From the NCBI GenBank assembly GCA_045541395.1, contig JAZQIZ010000031.1, positions 3,519 through 67,518 of the forward strand: a stretch of DNA of 64,000 nucleotides, read 5' to 3'. The position numbers were made by a program, and so were the translations under genes. The notes beneath the pieces are model-generated. The model was not told the DNA's origin and did not search any database. It was given only the letters and a program-made list of their open reading frames with translations. Positions within the stretch are counted from its first letter, which is position 1. Each line of letters starts with the position of its first letter. Positions 44,481 to 54,037 of this stretch are shown piece after piece. Source of the DNA: Eubacteriales bacterium (GTDB lineage: Bacteria; Bacillota; Clostridia; Oscillospirales; UMGS1783).

Positions 44481-46628
44481 ATGAAGAAATCTGATCACAA
44501 CTTCTTTGATGTGTTTTATCAGCCCGGTGAAAACCCCGTATTCTGCTACCGTACAGGTATGGCTGTATATGAAGAAGCCCTTATAAACGGCTCCTTTGTT
44601 GCTCAGGGTTGGAACGCTGCAGGTTATCCGCTCAACGTACTTACAAACTGCCCTTCCCGTATTGATCCCAAGAGGTTTGCAGAGCCTTATGCTTTCAATC
44701 TTGAAGTAAACGGCGCTTGTATTGACTACGATTTAAAGTTTGTGGATTTTAACACCGAAAAGACAGAAAAGGACATTCACGCGGTAATTACCTTAGAAAG
44801 CAACCTTGCTCCCGTAAGAGTTAAGGTTCATACTCTCCTTGACGGTACCGCTATGTTTACCCGCTTTTTAGAAATTGAAAACATTTCCGATAAGCCTCTT
44901 AACATCAGCCGTATGAGCATTATTGCAGGCGGCATGGAGGTTATGAACAGAACTCCCATGACCTACTCCAACGATATAGAAAAGTTCTATTCCGTAGGTT
45001 ATTTTGATGATGACAGCTGGGGCAGAGAGGGCGACTTTGCTTGGCATGACCTTGCCCCCGATACCCTTTCATTTGAGACCCGCTTTAATCGGGCAAGATA
45101 CCGCCATCCCCTTATGTTTATCCGCAATAACGTTATGGGTACTATGTGGTTTGCCCAGATAGCTTATTCCGGCGGCTGCCGCTTTACCGTTGACTATAAC
45201 GCAAAGAAGGAATCCAACGTTTCCACTCTTGCATTCAAGGCTGAAATTGCCGGTTACAACCCCCTTGTTGTATTAGGCGCAAAAGAAAGCTTTACTACAC
45301 CTGAGGCTCATATGGGCGTTGTTAACGGCGATCTTGATATGGCGGTTAACGAAATGCACGCTCACGCAAGAAAGTCTGTTCTTAACCTGCCTGAGGCTGA
45401 TCCTTCTGCTTGTCTTATTGGCGCAGGTATGGGCGCAGAGCACGATATGGGCGTGGAATGCTCCAAGGCGTTTATTGATCAGTTTAAAGAAATGGGCGCA
45501 GAGATATTTATTATTGACGCAGGCTGGCAGAATCCTCCTCACAGAGAAATGGAATGGCTGCCCTATAACGGTATGAACCACCCTGACCCCGACCGTTACC
45601 CCAACGGCATTTCGGAGCTTTCCGATTATTGCCACGAAAAGGGCATGAAGTTTGCAATGTGGGTTGAAATTGAACGTTTGGGCGAATATTCTCCCGAGTT
45701 CCAATCCCATCCCGAATGGCGTATTAACAACACCTACGGCGAACAGGCTAAGGGCTATATAGATTTCACCAACCCTGAAGCTGCAAAGTGGGCTGAAGAT
45801 GAGCTTGCAAGAATTATTGAAGAGTACAAGTTTGATATGCTGAGAGTTGACTATAACGTTGACCACAGAGATTACCACGCAATGAAGCCTTTGGCTCAGG
45901 GCGGCAAGGAATACGTTGCTTTGAGACATTTTGAGGCTGTTTGCAAAATGTATCAGAACCTTAAGAAGCGCTTCCCCAACGTTCTCTTTGAGAACTGCGC
46001 AGGCGGCGGCGGCAGAACCGACTGGGCTCAGATGAAGGCCTTTAACCATACCTGGGTTTCCGACTGGCAGAAGAACCCCCGCTCCATTACCATTACCAAC
46101 GGTATGACAATGGCACTGCCCCCCGAAAGAGTTGACAGACTCTTTGCAGGTATGGGCTGCCATGAATACGGCAACTTTGATTCACATATGAGAAACACTA
46201 TGTTCGGCCATATGTCAGTTAACGTTGTTGCTCCTGCAATAACCTACGCTAACCCCGAACAGATGAAGTTTATAAAGCACAGCATTCAGCTGTATAAGGA
46301 CTTTATCCGTCCCTTCCTGCCTGAGAGCAAGATATTCCACCCCACCCCCGAAGCTAAGGAGACCTTAAAGCAGGGCTACTCTATGCTGGAGGTTGCCGCA
46401 AAGGATTCTACCCGCGGTATTTACGGCGTATTTACTCTTAGTGAAAGCAAGGACAAGGAAGTTTCCTTCACCTTAAAGGGTGTGGATCTTTCCAAGACCT
46501 ATAAGGTAACCTACGATAACTCCGGTTACAGCTTCACCGCCACCGGCGCTGAGCTTTACAACAAGGGGCTTACAGTAAAGATACCCTCTTCTATGAGCTC
46601 TGAATTAATTACCTACGAAGCTATATAA
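44481..46628 (+). CDS. cytoplasmic GH36-family alpha-galactosidase-like enzyme
   Basis: FIIDAGWQ, MKFAMWVEIERL, LRVDYNVD, LFENCAGGGGRTD and TWVSDWQ align one-to-one with the canonical GH36 motifs DDGWF / WVEPE / KWDMN / CSGGGGRFD / WTSDNTD. Confidence 0.75.
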   Translation: MKKSDHNFFDVFYQPGENPVFCYRTGMAVYEEALINGSFVAQGWNAAGYPLNVLTNCPSRIDPKRFAEPYAFNLEVNGACIDYDLKFVDFNTEKTEKDIHAVITLESNLAPVRVKVHTLLDGTAMFTRFLEIENISDKPLNISRMSIIAGGMEVMNRTPMTYSNDIEKFYSVGYFDDDSWGREGDFAWHDLAPDTLSFETRFNRARYRHPLMFIRNNVMGTMWFAQIAYSGGCRFTVDYNAKKESNVSTLAFKAEIAGYNPLVVLGAKESFTTPEAHMGVVNGDLDMAVNEMHAHARKSVLNLPEADPSACLIGAGMGAEHDMGVECSKAFIDQFKEMGAEIFIIDAGWQNPPHREMEWLPYNGMNHPDPDRYPNGISELSDYCHEKGMKFAMWVEIERLGEYSPEFQSHPEWRINNTYGEQAKGYIDFTNPEAAKWAEDELARIIEEYKFDMLRVDYNVDHRDYHAMKPLAQGGKEYVALRHFEAVCKMYQNLKKRFPNVLFENCAGGGGRTDWAQMKAFNHTWVSDWQKNPRSITITNGMTMALPPERVDRLFAGMGCHEYGNFDSHMRNTMFGHMSVNVVAPAITYANPEQMKFIKHSIQLYKDFIRPFLPESKIFHPTPEAKETLKQGYSMLEVAAKDSTRGIYGVFTLSESKDKEVSFTLKGVDLSKTYKVTYDNSGYSFTATGAELYNKGLTVKIPSSMSSELITYEAI

Positions 46629-46630
46629 TA

Positions 46631-46662
46631 AAAAAAGAGAAGCGAAAGCTTCTCTTTTTTTA
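46631..46662. terminator. bidirectional terminator
   Basis: Stem agagaagc (46637-46644) with gcttctct (46649-46656), between an A-run and a T-run. Confidence 0.6.
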
Positions 46663-46671
46663 TGCGATGGA

Positions 46672-47442
46672 TTATTTTTGGTTATTTGAGGCTATTATTT
46701 CTTTTAAGGTAACCTCCGGATGGCGCCAGCGCTTTTCGGAAAGCTGGGTAGAGGTACAGATATTAAGCTTAGGGCAGGCGTGAATACAGGCATAGCAGGT
46801 TTCGCATTTTGTGCTGAAAACAGGGCCGTCATTCACTGTAATATTACCTGCAGGGCAGACTTTAACACATGTATTACATTTAATGCAGTTGCCCTTTATT
46901 ACAAAGGCTTCGCATTCTTTGCCTTCGTCCTGCTTGGGGATATATTTCATAGCGTTTTCGGAATCCTTCATATCAAGCTCTGAAACGGGCGCAATAAAGC
47001 TTTTGCGCTCTTTTATATCCTCAACAATGCAGTTTAAGGCGTATTCGGTACACTTTACCGAAAGCTTGTTTATCTGATCTTCAATTTCAAAGGCAGGCAG
47101 GTAATTATCCACCATAAGCAGGGTATTAACGTAATTGAAATTCAGGCCTAAAGATTTAGCGAATTCGTTAAAATAGTAATTGCAGGCGCCGTCCTCATTG
47201 CCGTAGGTACCAACGGCGAAAAGGTAGTTTGTATTAAACCTTGCCTTTTTTAAAAAATCTCTTACCATCTTAGGGGCATAGCGGCAATATACGGGGTATA
47301 TAATACCAATAGCATCATCCGTATACTCAGGGGATCTTTTGCATATCTCCTGTGGGATAGAATAAAGCTTGCCGCCTAATTTTTTAGCAACAGCAAGGCA
47401 GTTGCCTGTGGCGGTAAAATAAAATACAGTCATTTTTCTCAC
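46672..47442 (-). CDS. flavodoxin-like plus 2x[4Fe-4S] ferredoxin-domain protein (EFR1-type)
   Basis: N-terminus MTVFYFTATGNCLAVAKKL (flavodoxin-like). C-terminal CIKCNTCVKVCP and CETCYACIHACP clusters. Confidence 0.7.
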   Translation of the reverse strand: MRKMTVFYFTATGNCLAVAKKLGGKLYSIPQEICKRSPEYTDDAIGIIYPVYCRYAPKMVRDFLKKARFNTNYLFAVGTYGNEDGACNYYFNEFAKSLGLNFNYVNTLLMVDNYLPAFEIEDQINKLSVKCTEYALNCIVEDIKERKSFIAPVSELDMKDSENAMKYIPKQDEGKECEAFVIKGNCIKCNTCVKVCPAGNITVNDGPVFSTKCETCYACIHACPKLNICTSTQLSEKRWRHPEVTLKEIIASNNQK

Positions 47443-47523
47443 CTCGGAATAATTTTAGCATAAAAGACGGCTATTTACAATAACATAAAGCCGTGATAAA
47501 ATATTTAAAAAGGAGTTGATAAA

Positions 47524-48237
47524 ATGGCTACTGCTCATATAAATGCGAAGGATGGGGATTTTGCCAAAACTGTTTTAATGCCCGGAGACCCTTTGCGCTC
47601 ACAATTTATTGCGGAAAATTTTCTTAGCGACATTCGCCTTGTTAATAACGTGCGCGGCATACAAGGATATACAGGCCTTTATAAGGGCAAGGAAGTTTCT
47701 GTTATGGCAAGCGGAATGGGTATGCCCTCTATGGGGATATATTCTTACGAGCTTTTTAACTTCTTCTCGGTTGAAAATATAATAAGAGTAGGTTCTGCAG
47801 GTGCCTATTCACCAAAGGCTAAAATAAAAGATATTGTAATAGGAATGGGAGCCTGCACCGATTCCAACTACGCACATCAATACGGCTTACCGGGCGCATT
47901 TGCACCTATTGCGGATTTTGGAATTTTAGAAAAGTGCGTTGCTAAGGCAAAAAAACTGCAGCTTGATTTCCACGTTGGCAATCTTATTTCTTCGGACACT
48001 TTTTACAACGAGCCCGACAGCAGATATCTTGAACTCTGGGGCAAGATGGGTGTGCTTGCAGTGGAAATGGAGGCGGCGGCCCTTTATATGAACGCCGCAA
48101 GGGCAGGTAAAAAGGCTTTGGCTATTTGTACCGTATCCGATCAGCTTGTATTTGACGAGCATCTGACCGCCGGGGAGCGCCAGAGCTCCTTTAACGATAT
48201 GATAACACTTGCACTTGAAACGGCAGTTGAATTATGA
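47524..48237 (+). CDS. deoD: purine nucleoside phosphorylase, DeoD type
   Basis: ATAHINAKDGDFAKTVLMPGDPLR...VEMEAAALY motifs. Confidence 0.9.
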   Translation: MATAHINAKDGDFAKTVLMPGDPLRSQFIAENFLSDIRLVNNVRGIQGYTGLYKGKEVSVMASGMGMPSMGIYSYELFNFFSVENIIRVGSAGAYSPKAKIKDIVIGMGACTDSNYAHQYGLPGAFAPIADFGILEKCVAKAKKLQLDFHVGNLISSDTFYNEPDSRYLELWGKMGVLAVEMEAAALYMNAARAGKKALAICTVSDQLVFDEHLTAGERQSSFNDMITLALETAVEL

Positions 48238-49379
48238 AAAGAGTATTTTTAATTGTATTGGACAGCTTAGGCATAGGCGCTTTGCCCGATGCAAAGGAAT
48301 TTAATGATGAAGGGGCAAACACCTTAAGGAGCATTTCTCAAAGCCCCAATTTTAATATACCCAATTTAGAAAGCCTTGGCTTAGGCAGTATAGCTCAGGT
48401 GGATTACCTTAAGAAGCCTCAGCCGAAGGGGGCTTACGGCAGAATAAAGGAGCAATCGGGCGGCAAGGACACAACGGTTGGCCATTGGGAAATAGCAGGG
48501 CTTATATCTAAAAAGCCCTTGCCTACCTACCCCGAGGGCTTTCCCGAGGAAATAATCAGGGAATTTGAAAGGCGCACCAAAAGAAAGGTTATTTGCAATA
48601 AGCCTTATTCGGGCACGGCGGTTATTGCCGATTACGGCAGGGCGCATTTGGAAACGGGAGCGCTTATTGTTTACACCAGCGCCGACTCGGTTTTTCAGAT
48701 TGCGGCTCACGAAAGCATAGTACCCTTAGAGGAGCTTTATAACTACTGCAAAATTGCAAGAGAGATGCTTGACGTAGGAAGAGTAATAGCCCGCCCCTTT
48801 ACAGGAGAGCACCCTTTTACCCGCACCGCCAACCGCCACGATTTTTCCCTTGCACCCCACGGCAAGACTTTGCTTGACGCCCTGTATGAAAACAAAAAGG
48901 CGGTTATTTCCGTAGGCAAAATAAACGATATTTTCGCCTCAAGAGGAATAACCGAAAGTAACCCGACCCAAAGTAACGATGACGGAATGGCCAAAGCCCT
49001 TTTACTTCTTGAAAGGGATTTTGAGGGCCTTGCCTTTATAAATCTTGTGGACTTTGATTCCAAATACGGCCACCGCAACGATGCCGAAGGCTATGCCCTT
49101 GCCTTAAGCGAATTTGATAAATGGCTTCCCTCTTTTATGTATTCCTTAAAGGAGGAGGACCTGCTTATAATTACGGCGGACCACGGCTGTGACCCTGCAG
49201 ACATAAGCACCGACCATACAAGGGAGTATATTCCCCTTTTATGCTACGGGAAAAATATACGCTCTGTAAATCTTGGCACACTTTCTACGTTTGCGGATAT
49301 TGGGCAGACGGTGGCGGACTATTTGGGAGTTGAATTTAAAGGCGCAGGAGAGAGTTTTAAAGAAAGGATATTAAAATGA
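48234..49379 (+). CDS. deoB: phosphopentomutase
   Basis: MKRVFLIVLDSLGIGALPDA...GHWE...TADHGCDP. 4-nt overlap with deoD. Confidence 0.9.
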   Translation: MKRVFLIVLDSLGIGALPDAKEFNDEGANTLRSISQSPNFNIPNLESLGLGSIAQVDYLKKPQPKGAYGRIKEQSGGKDTTVGHWEIAGLISKKPLPTYPEGFPEEIIREFERRTKRKVICNKPYSGTAVIADYGRAHLETGALIVYTSADSVFQIAAHESIVPLEELYNYCKIAREMLDVGRVIARPFTGEHPFTRTANRHDFSLAPHGKTLLDALYENKKAVISVGKINDIFASRGITESNPTQSNDDGMAKALLLLERDFEGLAFINLVDFDSKYGHRNDAEGYALALSEFDKWLPSFMYSLKEEDLLIITADHGCDPADISTDHTREYIPLLCYGKNIRSVNLGTLSTFADIGQTVADYLGVEFKGAGESFKERILK

Positions 49380-49759
49380 ACGAGCTTATAAGTTTAGCCT
49401 TAAAGGCAAGAGAAAACGCCTACGTACCCTATTCGGGCTACAAGGTAGGCGCCGCACTTAAAGTAAAAAGCGGCAAGGTTTATACCGGCTGTAATATTGA
49501 AAACGCCTCCTTCTCCCCTACGGTTTGCGCTGAAAGGACCGCCATTTTCAAGGCAATAAGCGAAGGCGAAAGGGAATTTGAGGCCATAGCCGTTGTAGGC
49601 GGCAAGGATGAAATAACGGATTTTGCTCCCCCTTGCGGCGTTTGCAGGCAGGTAATGAGCGAATTTTGCTCTCCCGAATTTAAAATTATTCTTTATAACG
49701 GCAAGGAAGAAAGAATCTTTAAGCTGAAGGAAATTTTACCCCTTGCATTTTCCCTTTAA
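49376..49759 (+). CDS. cdd: cytidine deaminase
   Basis: CAERTAIF and PCGVCRQ zinc motifs. 4-nt overlap with deoB. Confidence 0.9.
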   Translation: MNELISLALKARENAYVPYSGYKVGAALKVKSGKVYTGCNIENASFSPTVCAERTAIFKAISEGEREFEAIAVVGGKDEITDFAPPCGVCRQVMSEFCSPEFKIILYNGKEERIFKLKEILPLAFSL

Positions 49760-49761
49760 AA

Positions 49762-49791
49762 AAGGTGTGCGTAAAAACGCACACCTTTTTT
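49762..49791. terminator. bidirectional terminator
   Basis: Stem aaggtgtgcg (49762-49771) with cgcacacctt (49778-49787), followed by a T-run. Confidence 0.6.
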
Positions 49792-52042
49792 ATATTAAGG
49801 GATGAAAATCCAGCACGGTCTCGGCTGCTATAAGCTCATCTTTACTGTTATACACATAGGCAACATCATCTATAATGCCCGTATAACCGTTAGAAAATAT
49901 TTCATGAGCAGCGTATTCACCTGTTGAGACGCCGGTTTCCAAATTATAAATACGGTAAAAAGCGGCTCCGCTTTCATTGATAAATTCTGTAGCAAACTTA
50001 TCATTTACAACAGATAGTTTACTGGGGATTTCATAAGCTTTTCCCGTTTCTACATCATACAGAATATCCTCTTCTTCACCGTTAAATCTAATTTTTCCGT
50101 TCGAAACGTAAGACGATACTTCGTAACCGCTGAAATTATTTATATCAACAATTACTTCTCCCTCTAAAGTGAATATTTTTCCGTCATCTTCAGGGCAGCC
50201 CGTATGGCATATATAGGGGCACTTATTTAATTCTGTACCGTTAACAGAAAATAAGACCATTTGCTCTTCATCCCACTTTGCTTTACAGGCGGGACATTTA
50301 ATTGATTTTTGGGTTTTTAAATCAATTATTTTGCCTTTGGATTTAATAACGTTTCCATACAACGTTATTTTATGCTTGAATTTTTCATCTTCGGGATCTC
50401 CGTCATATTTATAGGTAAATACTTTTTCGTTGGATTTATTTATAACTGCATTGTCGCAATTGCCCCTACCAAACGACCCCTCCTGCATAAAAAATATTTT
50501 ATGCTCATTAACTGTAGCATAGCCGTATTCATTAAAATGAGAAGCGTCATAGTATTCAAGGGGAATAACTACCTTGCCGGTAGTATCTATAAATCCGTAC
50601 ATCCTGCAGGTTTCGAAGTCGCTTAAACGCTCTCCCCAATTCCATACACGGGCATAGCCGTTATGAAATTCACCTAAACCATCAAAGGAATCGGTTTTTA
50701 CCTTTACCTTGCCGGTATTATCTATATAACAGCCATAGCCGTCACATTTTACCGACATAAGCCCCTCGGAAGGCATGCCTACCTCTAAACCTCCGCCTTT
50801 ATAACTGCCTACTACCTTAAGCTCGGTATCAAGCATATCCACACAAAAATACAGTTGGCCTGTTCCTGCGGTCTCGTAAACTACGGCAATATTACCGTCA
50901 AACTCATAAACTCTGTCTACCATACTGTAGGAAACTACCTTGGAGCCGTCAATATTAGTAATAACGGTATCGTTCAGATCCAGACGGACGGAAGCGCTTT
51001 TATCTTCCCACGGTTTATCTTTATACTGTTGCCCTTTATCATAATCCATTGGGTATTGGAGAACATAAAAATCTTTATTGTTTACGGTTAATTGATTTGC
51101 TCTATCGAATACCGACTCCACAACCACCTGCCCTTTCTCATTTACAAGGCCATAGCGTGGCTGCAAGTGCCAACCACTGCCGCGGGGATTTGTTTTACCT
51201 CCCGCAAAGACAAATAGCTCACCGTATTTTTTTGAGGGCTTAAGCTCTTTGTTGTAATAATCAAAATAACGGGACGCCGTAATAATTTCCTTTTTGGGAG
51301 CGGGCTCAAGCTCCTTTATTTCATCAACAGAGAAGCTGTAATTATATTCGTATATGATCTCCGGCTCGGGCTCAGGTTCGGGCTCGGAAGGGGCAACCGA
51401 CTGAGAGGGCTCAGGCTCGGGTTCGGGTTCGGGATCAGCAACTTCTTCAACTACTTCAAGGATAGAAATATCGCTGAGGTAAAAGCTTAAAGCGCCACTT
51501 TCGCCGCCGATAGTGTAAATACGAGCGGAGATACCGTTTATATAGTTAGGATCGGATTCAGGGATATCTTCCCAAGTTAATTCGGAAGTCATAACTTCAG
51601 AAGTAACGGTTTCCCAATCGTTAGTCCGGAAGGTATAGGAACCGCCCATGCCAACGGAGCCGTCTTTAAAGTCAAACAGAATGGACTTGCCGGCTTCGCC
51701 CTTAGCGCGGAAGGTCATAATATAACCCTTACCAAGTTCTACGTTGAATTCGCCGTCGGTCTTGCCGGTCCAGAACACCAGAGCACCGAAACCGTCGTTA
51801 GCGTCTACTTTAAGGAAATCACCTTCAACAGCAGTTGCGCCATTACCCCAAGAACCGTAAGGGCCGCCTTCTACAGTTTCAGCGCTGAAATCAAATACCT
51901 TTTTGAAAGTGATTTCTTCAGGTTCGGGCTCGGAAGGGGCAACCGACTGAGAGGGCTCAGGCGCAGGTTCGGGAGCGGGTTCTTTTTTTGCGCAGGAGGA
52001 CAGAAGCAAAATCAACGCGAGCATTAACGCTATTTTCTTCAT
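49790..52042 (-). CDS. lipoprotein: CBM-like module plus WG-repeat region with CxxC pairs
   Basis: Start moved to the ATG at 52042 (AAGGAGGT ribosome-binding site). Lipobox LLSSC. PE-rich linkers. One module is about 70% identical by eye to those of the 28551-30452 protein. WG-type repeats (YGLVNEKGQVVV, YGFIDTTGKVVIPLEYYDASHFNEYGYATV). Cys pairs CPACKAKW and CPYICHTGC. Confidence 0.7.
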   Translation of the reverse strand: MKKIALMLALILLLSSCAKKEPAPEPAPEPSQSVAPSEPEPEEITFKKVFDFSAETVEGGPYGSWGNGATAVEGDFLKVDANDGFGALVFWTGKTDGEFNVELGKGYIMTFRAKGEAGKSILFDFKDGSVGMGGSYTFRTNDWETVTSEVMTSELTWEDIPESDPNYINGISARIYTIGGESGALSFYLSDISILEVVEEVADPEPEPEPEPSQSVAPSEPEPEPEPEIIYEYNYSFSVDEIKELEPAPKKEIITASRYFDYYNKELKPSKKYGELFVFAGGKTNPRGSGWHLQPRYGLVNEKGQVVVESVFDRANQLTVNNKDFYVLQYPMDYDKGQQYKDKPWEDKSASVRLDLNDTVITNIDGSKVVSYSMVDRVYEFDGNIAVVYETAGTGQLYFCVDMLDTELKVVGSYKGGGLEVGMPSEGLMSVKCDGYGCYIDNTGKVKVKTDSFDGLGEFHNGYARVWNWGERLSDFETCRMYGFIDTTGKVVIPLEYYDASHFNEYGYATVNEHKIFFMQEGSFGRGNCDNAVINKSNEKVFTYKYDGDPEDEKFKHKITLYGNVIKSKGKIIDLKTQKSIKCPACKAKWDEEQMVLFSVNGTELNKCPYICHTGCPEDDGKIFTLEGEVIVDINNFSGYEVSSYVSNGKIRFNGEEEDILYDVETGKAYEIPSKLSVVNDKFATEFINESGAAFYRIYNLETGVSTGEYAAHEIFSNGYTGIIDDVAYVYNSKDELIAAETVLDFHPLI

Positions 52043-52052
52043 ATGAACCTCC

Positions 52053-53036
52053 TTATTCTTCGGCAGCAGCACGGGCATAGCCTTCGTTTACGGCAATCTG
52101 TTTGCCCTGCTCGGAGGCTATCCAGTTAAAAAGAATCCTTTCGGGCGAGTTCTTTTCGGCGGTCTTCTTAATTACCACGTAAAAGTTCTGCGAGAGCTCG
52201 TAGGTGCCGTCTTCTATGGCCTGATTAGAGGGCATTACTCCGTTGTAGGAAAGAATTTTGCTGGTCTCTAAAGTCCAGTCCTCCATTTGGGTAAGGTAAT
52301 AATAAACCGTGTAACCAATGGCTTCATCGGTTCCTTTGTAATTGGCTATAGCCTCCAGAAGGCCGCCCATGGAACCAACAATGTAATCATTGCCCATATA
52401 ATAGTGATCTCCAAAATTGAAGAACATATCAAATAAGGTCTGGGAACCGCTGTCATGGTTTCGCATATAAGGCACAATGGCTTCATCGTTACCGCCGAGA
52501 TCTGCCCAGTTTTTAGTTTCCCCACTAAATATGCCTATAACGTCTTCATAGTTTACGTTTTCAACAGGGTTATCCTTGCCGGTAATAAAAACAAGGGCAT
52601 CCTGAGCAATGGGAATGAATTCAAACTCATTGGCATACTCTGTTTTTACCTCCTCGGCAGGCTCGTAAGCTAAAATAATATCGAAGGTGCCGTCTCTTAA
52701 GCGTTCGTAGTTTGAGGTCGTAGAGCCGTCGAAGGTTAAAAGCTTGGTGGCTTCTTCTCTTGTAAGGCCAAGAGCATTTGCGGTAAGGGCCTCACCTAAG
52801 GGCAGCGCCGCCAATGAGCCGCCCATTTTAGGGTAATTATCCATAGTGAACTCAAACTCTTCATCAACTGTTACCGTTACAGGTTCGGGAGGCAAAGAGG
52901 GCTCTTCCGAAGAGGATGGGGCCGTAACGGAGGGCTTGGGTTCGGGGGTCACGGAAGGCGAGGGTTCTTCCTTTTTGCAGGCGCAAATAGAAAATAAAAG
53001 TATAAGGGAAAGTATAAATGCTAAGAATCTTTTCAT
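52053..53036 (-). CDS. lipoprotein, PstS-like (PBP type 2) substrate-binding protein, paralog A
   Basis: Signal peptide and Cys (LFSICAC). GGSLAALPLGEAL, DALVFITGKDNPV, NWADLGG and RNHDSGSQTLF fit the PstS/PBP_like_2 pattern. There is no pstCAB nearby. Confidence 0.6.
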   Translation of the reverse strand: MKRFLAFILSLILLFSICACKKEEPSPSVTPEPKPSVTAPSSSEEPSLPPEPVTVTVDEEFEFTMDNYPKMGGSLAALPLGEALTANALGLTREEATKLLTFDGSTTSNYERLRDGTFDIILAYEPAEEVKTEYANEFEFIPIAQDALVFITGKDNPVENVNYEDVIGIFSGETKNWADLGGNDEAIVPYMRNHDSGSQTLFDMFFNFGDHYYMGNDYIVGSMGGLLEAIANYKGTDEAIGYTVYYYLTQMEDWTLETSKILSYNGVMPSNQAIEDGTYELSQNFYVVIKKTAEKNSPERILFNWIASEQGKQIAVNEGYARAAAEE

Positions 53037-53057
53037 ATTGGTTTCTCCTGTGAGTAA

Positions 53058-54026
53058 TTATTTGGGAGTTACATATCCTTCGTTCTCGGCAATCTGTTTG
53101 CCTTGCTCAGAGGATATCCAGTTATATAGCACCCTTTCGGGGGAGTTTTTCTCGGCGTCCTTACGGATGACCACGTAAAACTGGTTGGTAAGCTTGTATT
53201 TACCGTTTTCTATGGTTTCAAAGGACGGCATTACACCATCTACCGCAAGAAGCTTGCTGGTTTCAAGGGTTGATGCCTCCATTTTGGTAAGGTAATAATG
53301 GACAGTGTATCCTATGGCCTCATCAGTGCCCTTGTAATCGGCAATGGCCTCAAGAAGCCCCGCCATAGAGCCTACAACGTATTCGTTTTTTATATGCTCT
53401 GTATCATTGAGATCAAAGAATATCTCAAAGAGGGTATGGGAGCCGCTTTCGGGATTTCTGATATATGGAACTACAGCTTTATCTTCTCCCTTGACCTGGC
53501 TCCAGTTAGTTATTTTTCCGTTGAATATATCGCTTATCTCTTCGGAGCTCAATCCATCTACACTGTTGTTTTTGCCGGTAATGAAAACCAGCGCATCCAC
53601 ACCTATTGGGGTAAACTCAAACTCATCGGTATAAGTTACCTCTTCGGCAGGCTCGTAAGCTAAAATAATATCAAAGGTTCCGTCTCTTAAGCGTTCGTAA
53701 TTGGAGGTGGTAGAGCCGTCGAAGGTTAAAAGTTTTGTGGCTTCCTCCCTTGTTAAATCAAGGACGTTGGCAGTAAGCGCCTCACCTAAGGGCAGGGCCG
53801 CTAAGGAGCCTCCCATTTTAGGGTAATTATCCATAGTGAACTCAAACTTTTCATCAACTGTTCCCGTTACAGATTCGGGAGGCAAAGAGGGCTCTTCCGA
53901 AGAGGATGGGGCCGTAACGGAGGGCTTGGGTTCGGGGGTAACAGAAGGCGAGGGTTCTTCCTTTTTGCAGGCGCAAATAGAAAGGACAAGTATTACTGCA
54001 AGTAAAAATATAAGCAACTTTTTCAT
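53058..54026 (-). CDS. lipoprotein, PstS-like substrate-binding protein, paralog B
   Basis: Same architecture as paralog A. The N-terminal ~130 aa are nearly identical to paralog A and the C-terminal half is diverged. Confidence 0.6.
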   Translation of the reverse strand: MKKLLIFLLAVILVLSICACKKEEPSPSVTPEPKPSVTAPSSSEEPSLPPESVTGTVDEKFEFTMDNYPKMGGSLAALPLGEALTANVLDLTREEATKLLTFDGSTTSNYERLRDGTFDIILAYEPAEEVTYTDEFEFTPIGVDALVFITGKNNSVDGLSSEEISDIFNGKITNWSQVKGEDKAVVPYIRNPESGSHTLFEIFFDLNDTEHIKNEYVVGSMAGLLEAIADYKGTDEAIGYTVHYYLTKMEASTLETSKLLAVDGVMPSFETIENGKYKLTNQFYVVIRKDAEKNSPERVLYNWISSEQGKQIAENEGYVTPK

Positions 54027-54037
54027 AAATATCCTCC

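Noticed and set aside
45273-46163. 296-aa minus-strand ORF inside the GH36 gene (and many similar 60-210-aa antisense ORFs, e.g. 6346-6975, 38376-38861, 20576-21052)
   Set aside because: It is antisense to a gene with clear family motifs. It has an odd Cys/His/Val-rich composition and no ribosome-binding site. Long antisense ORFs are expected opposite codon-biased genes.
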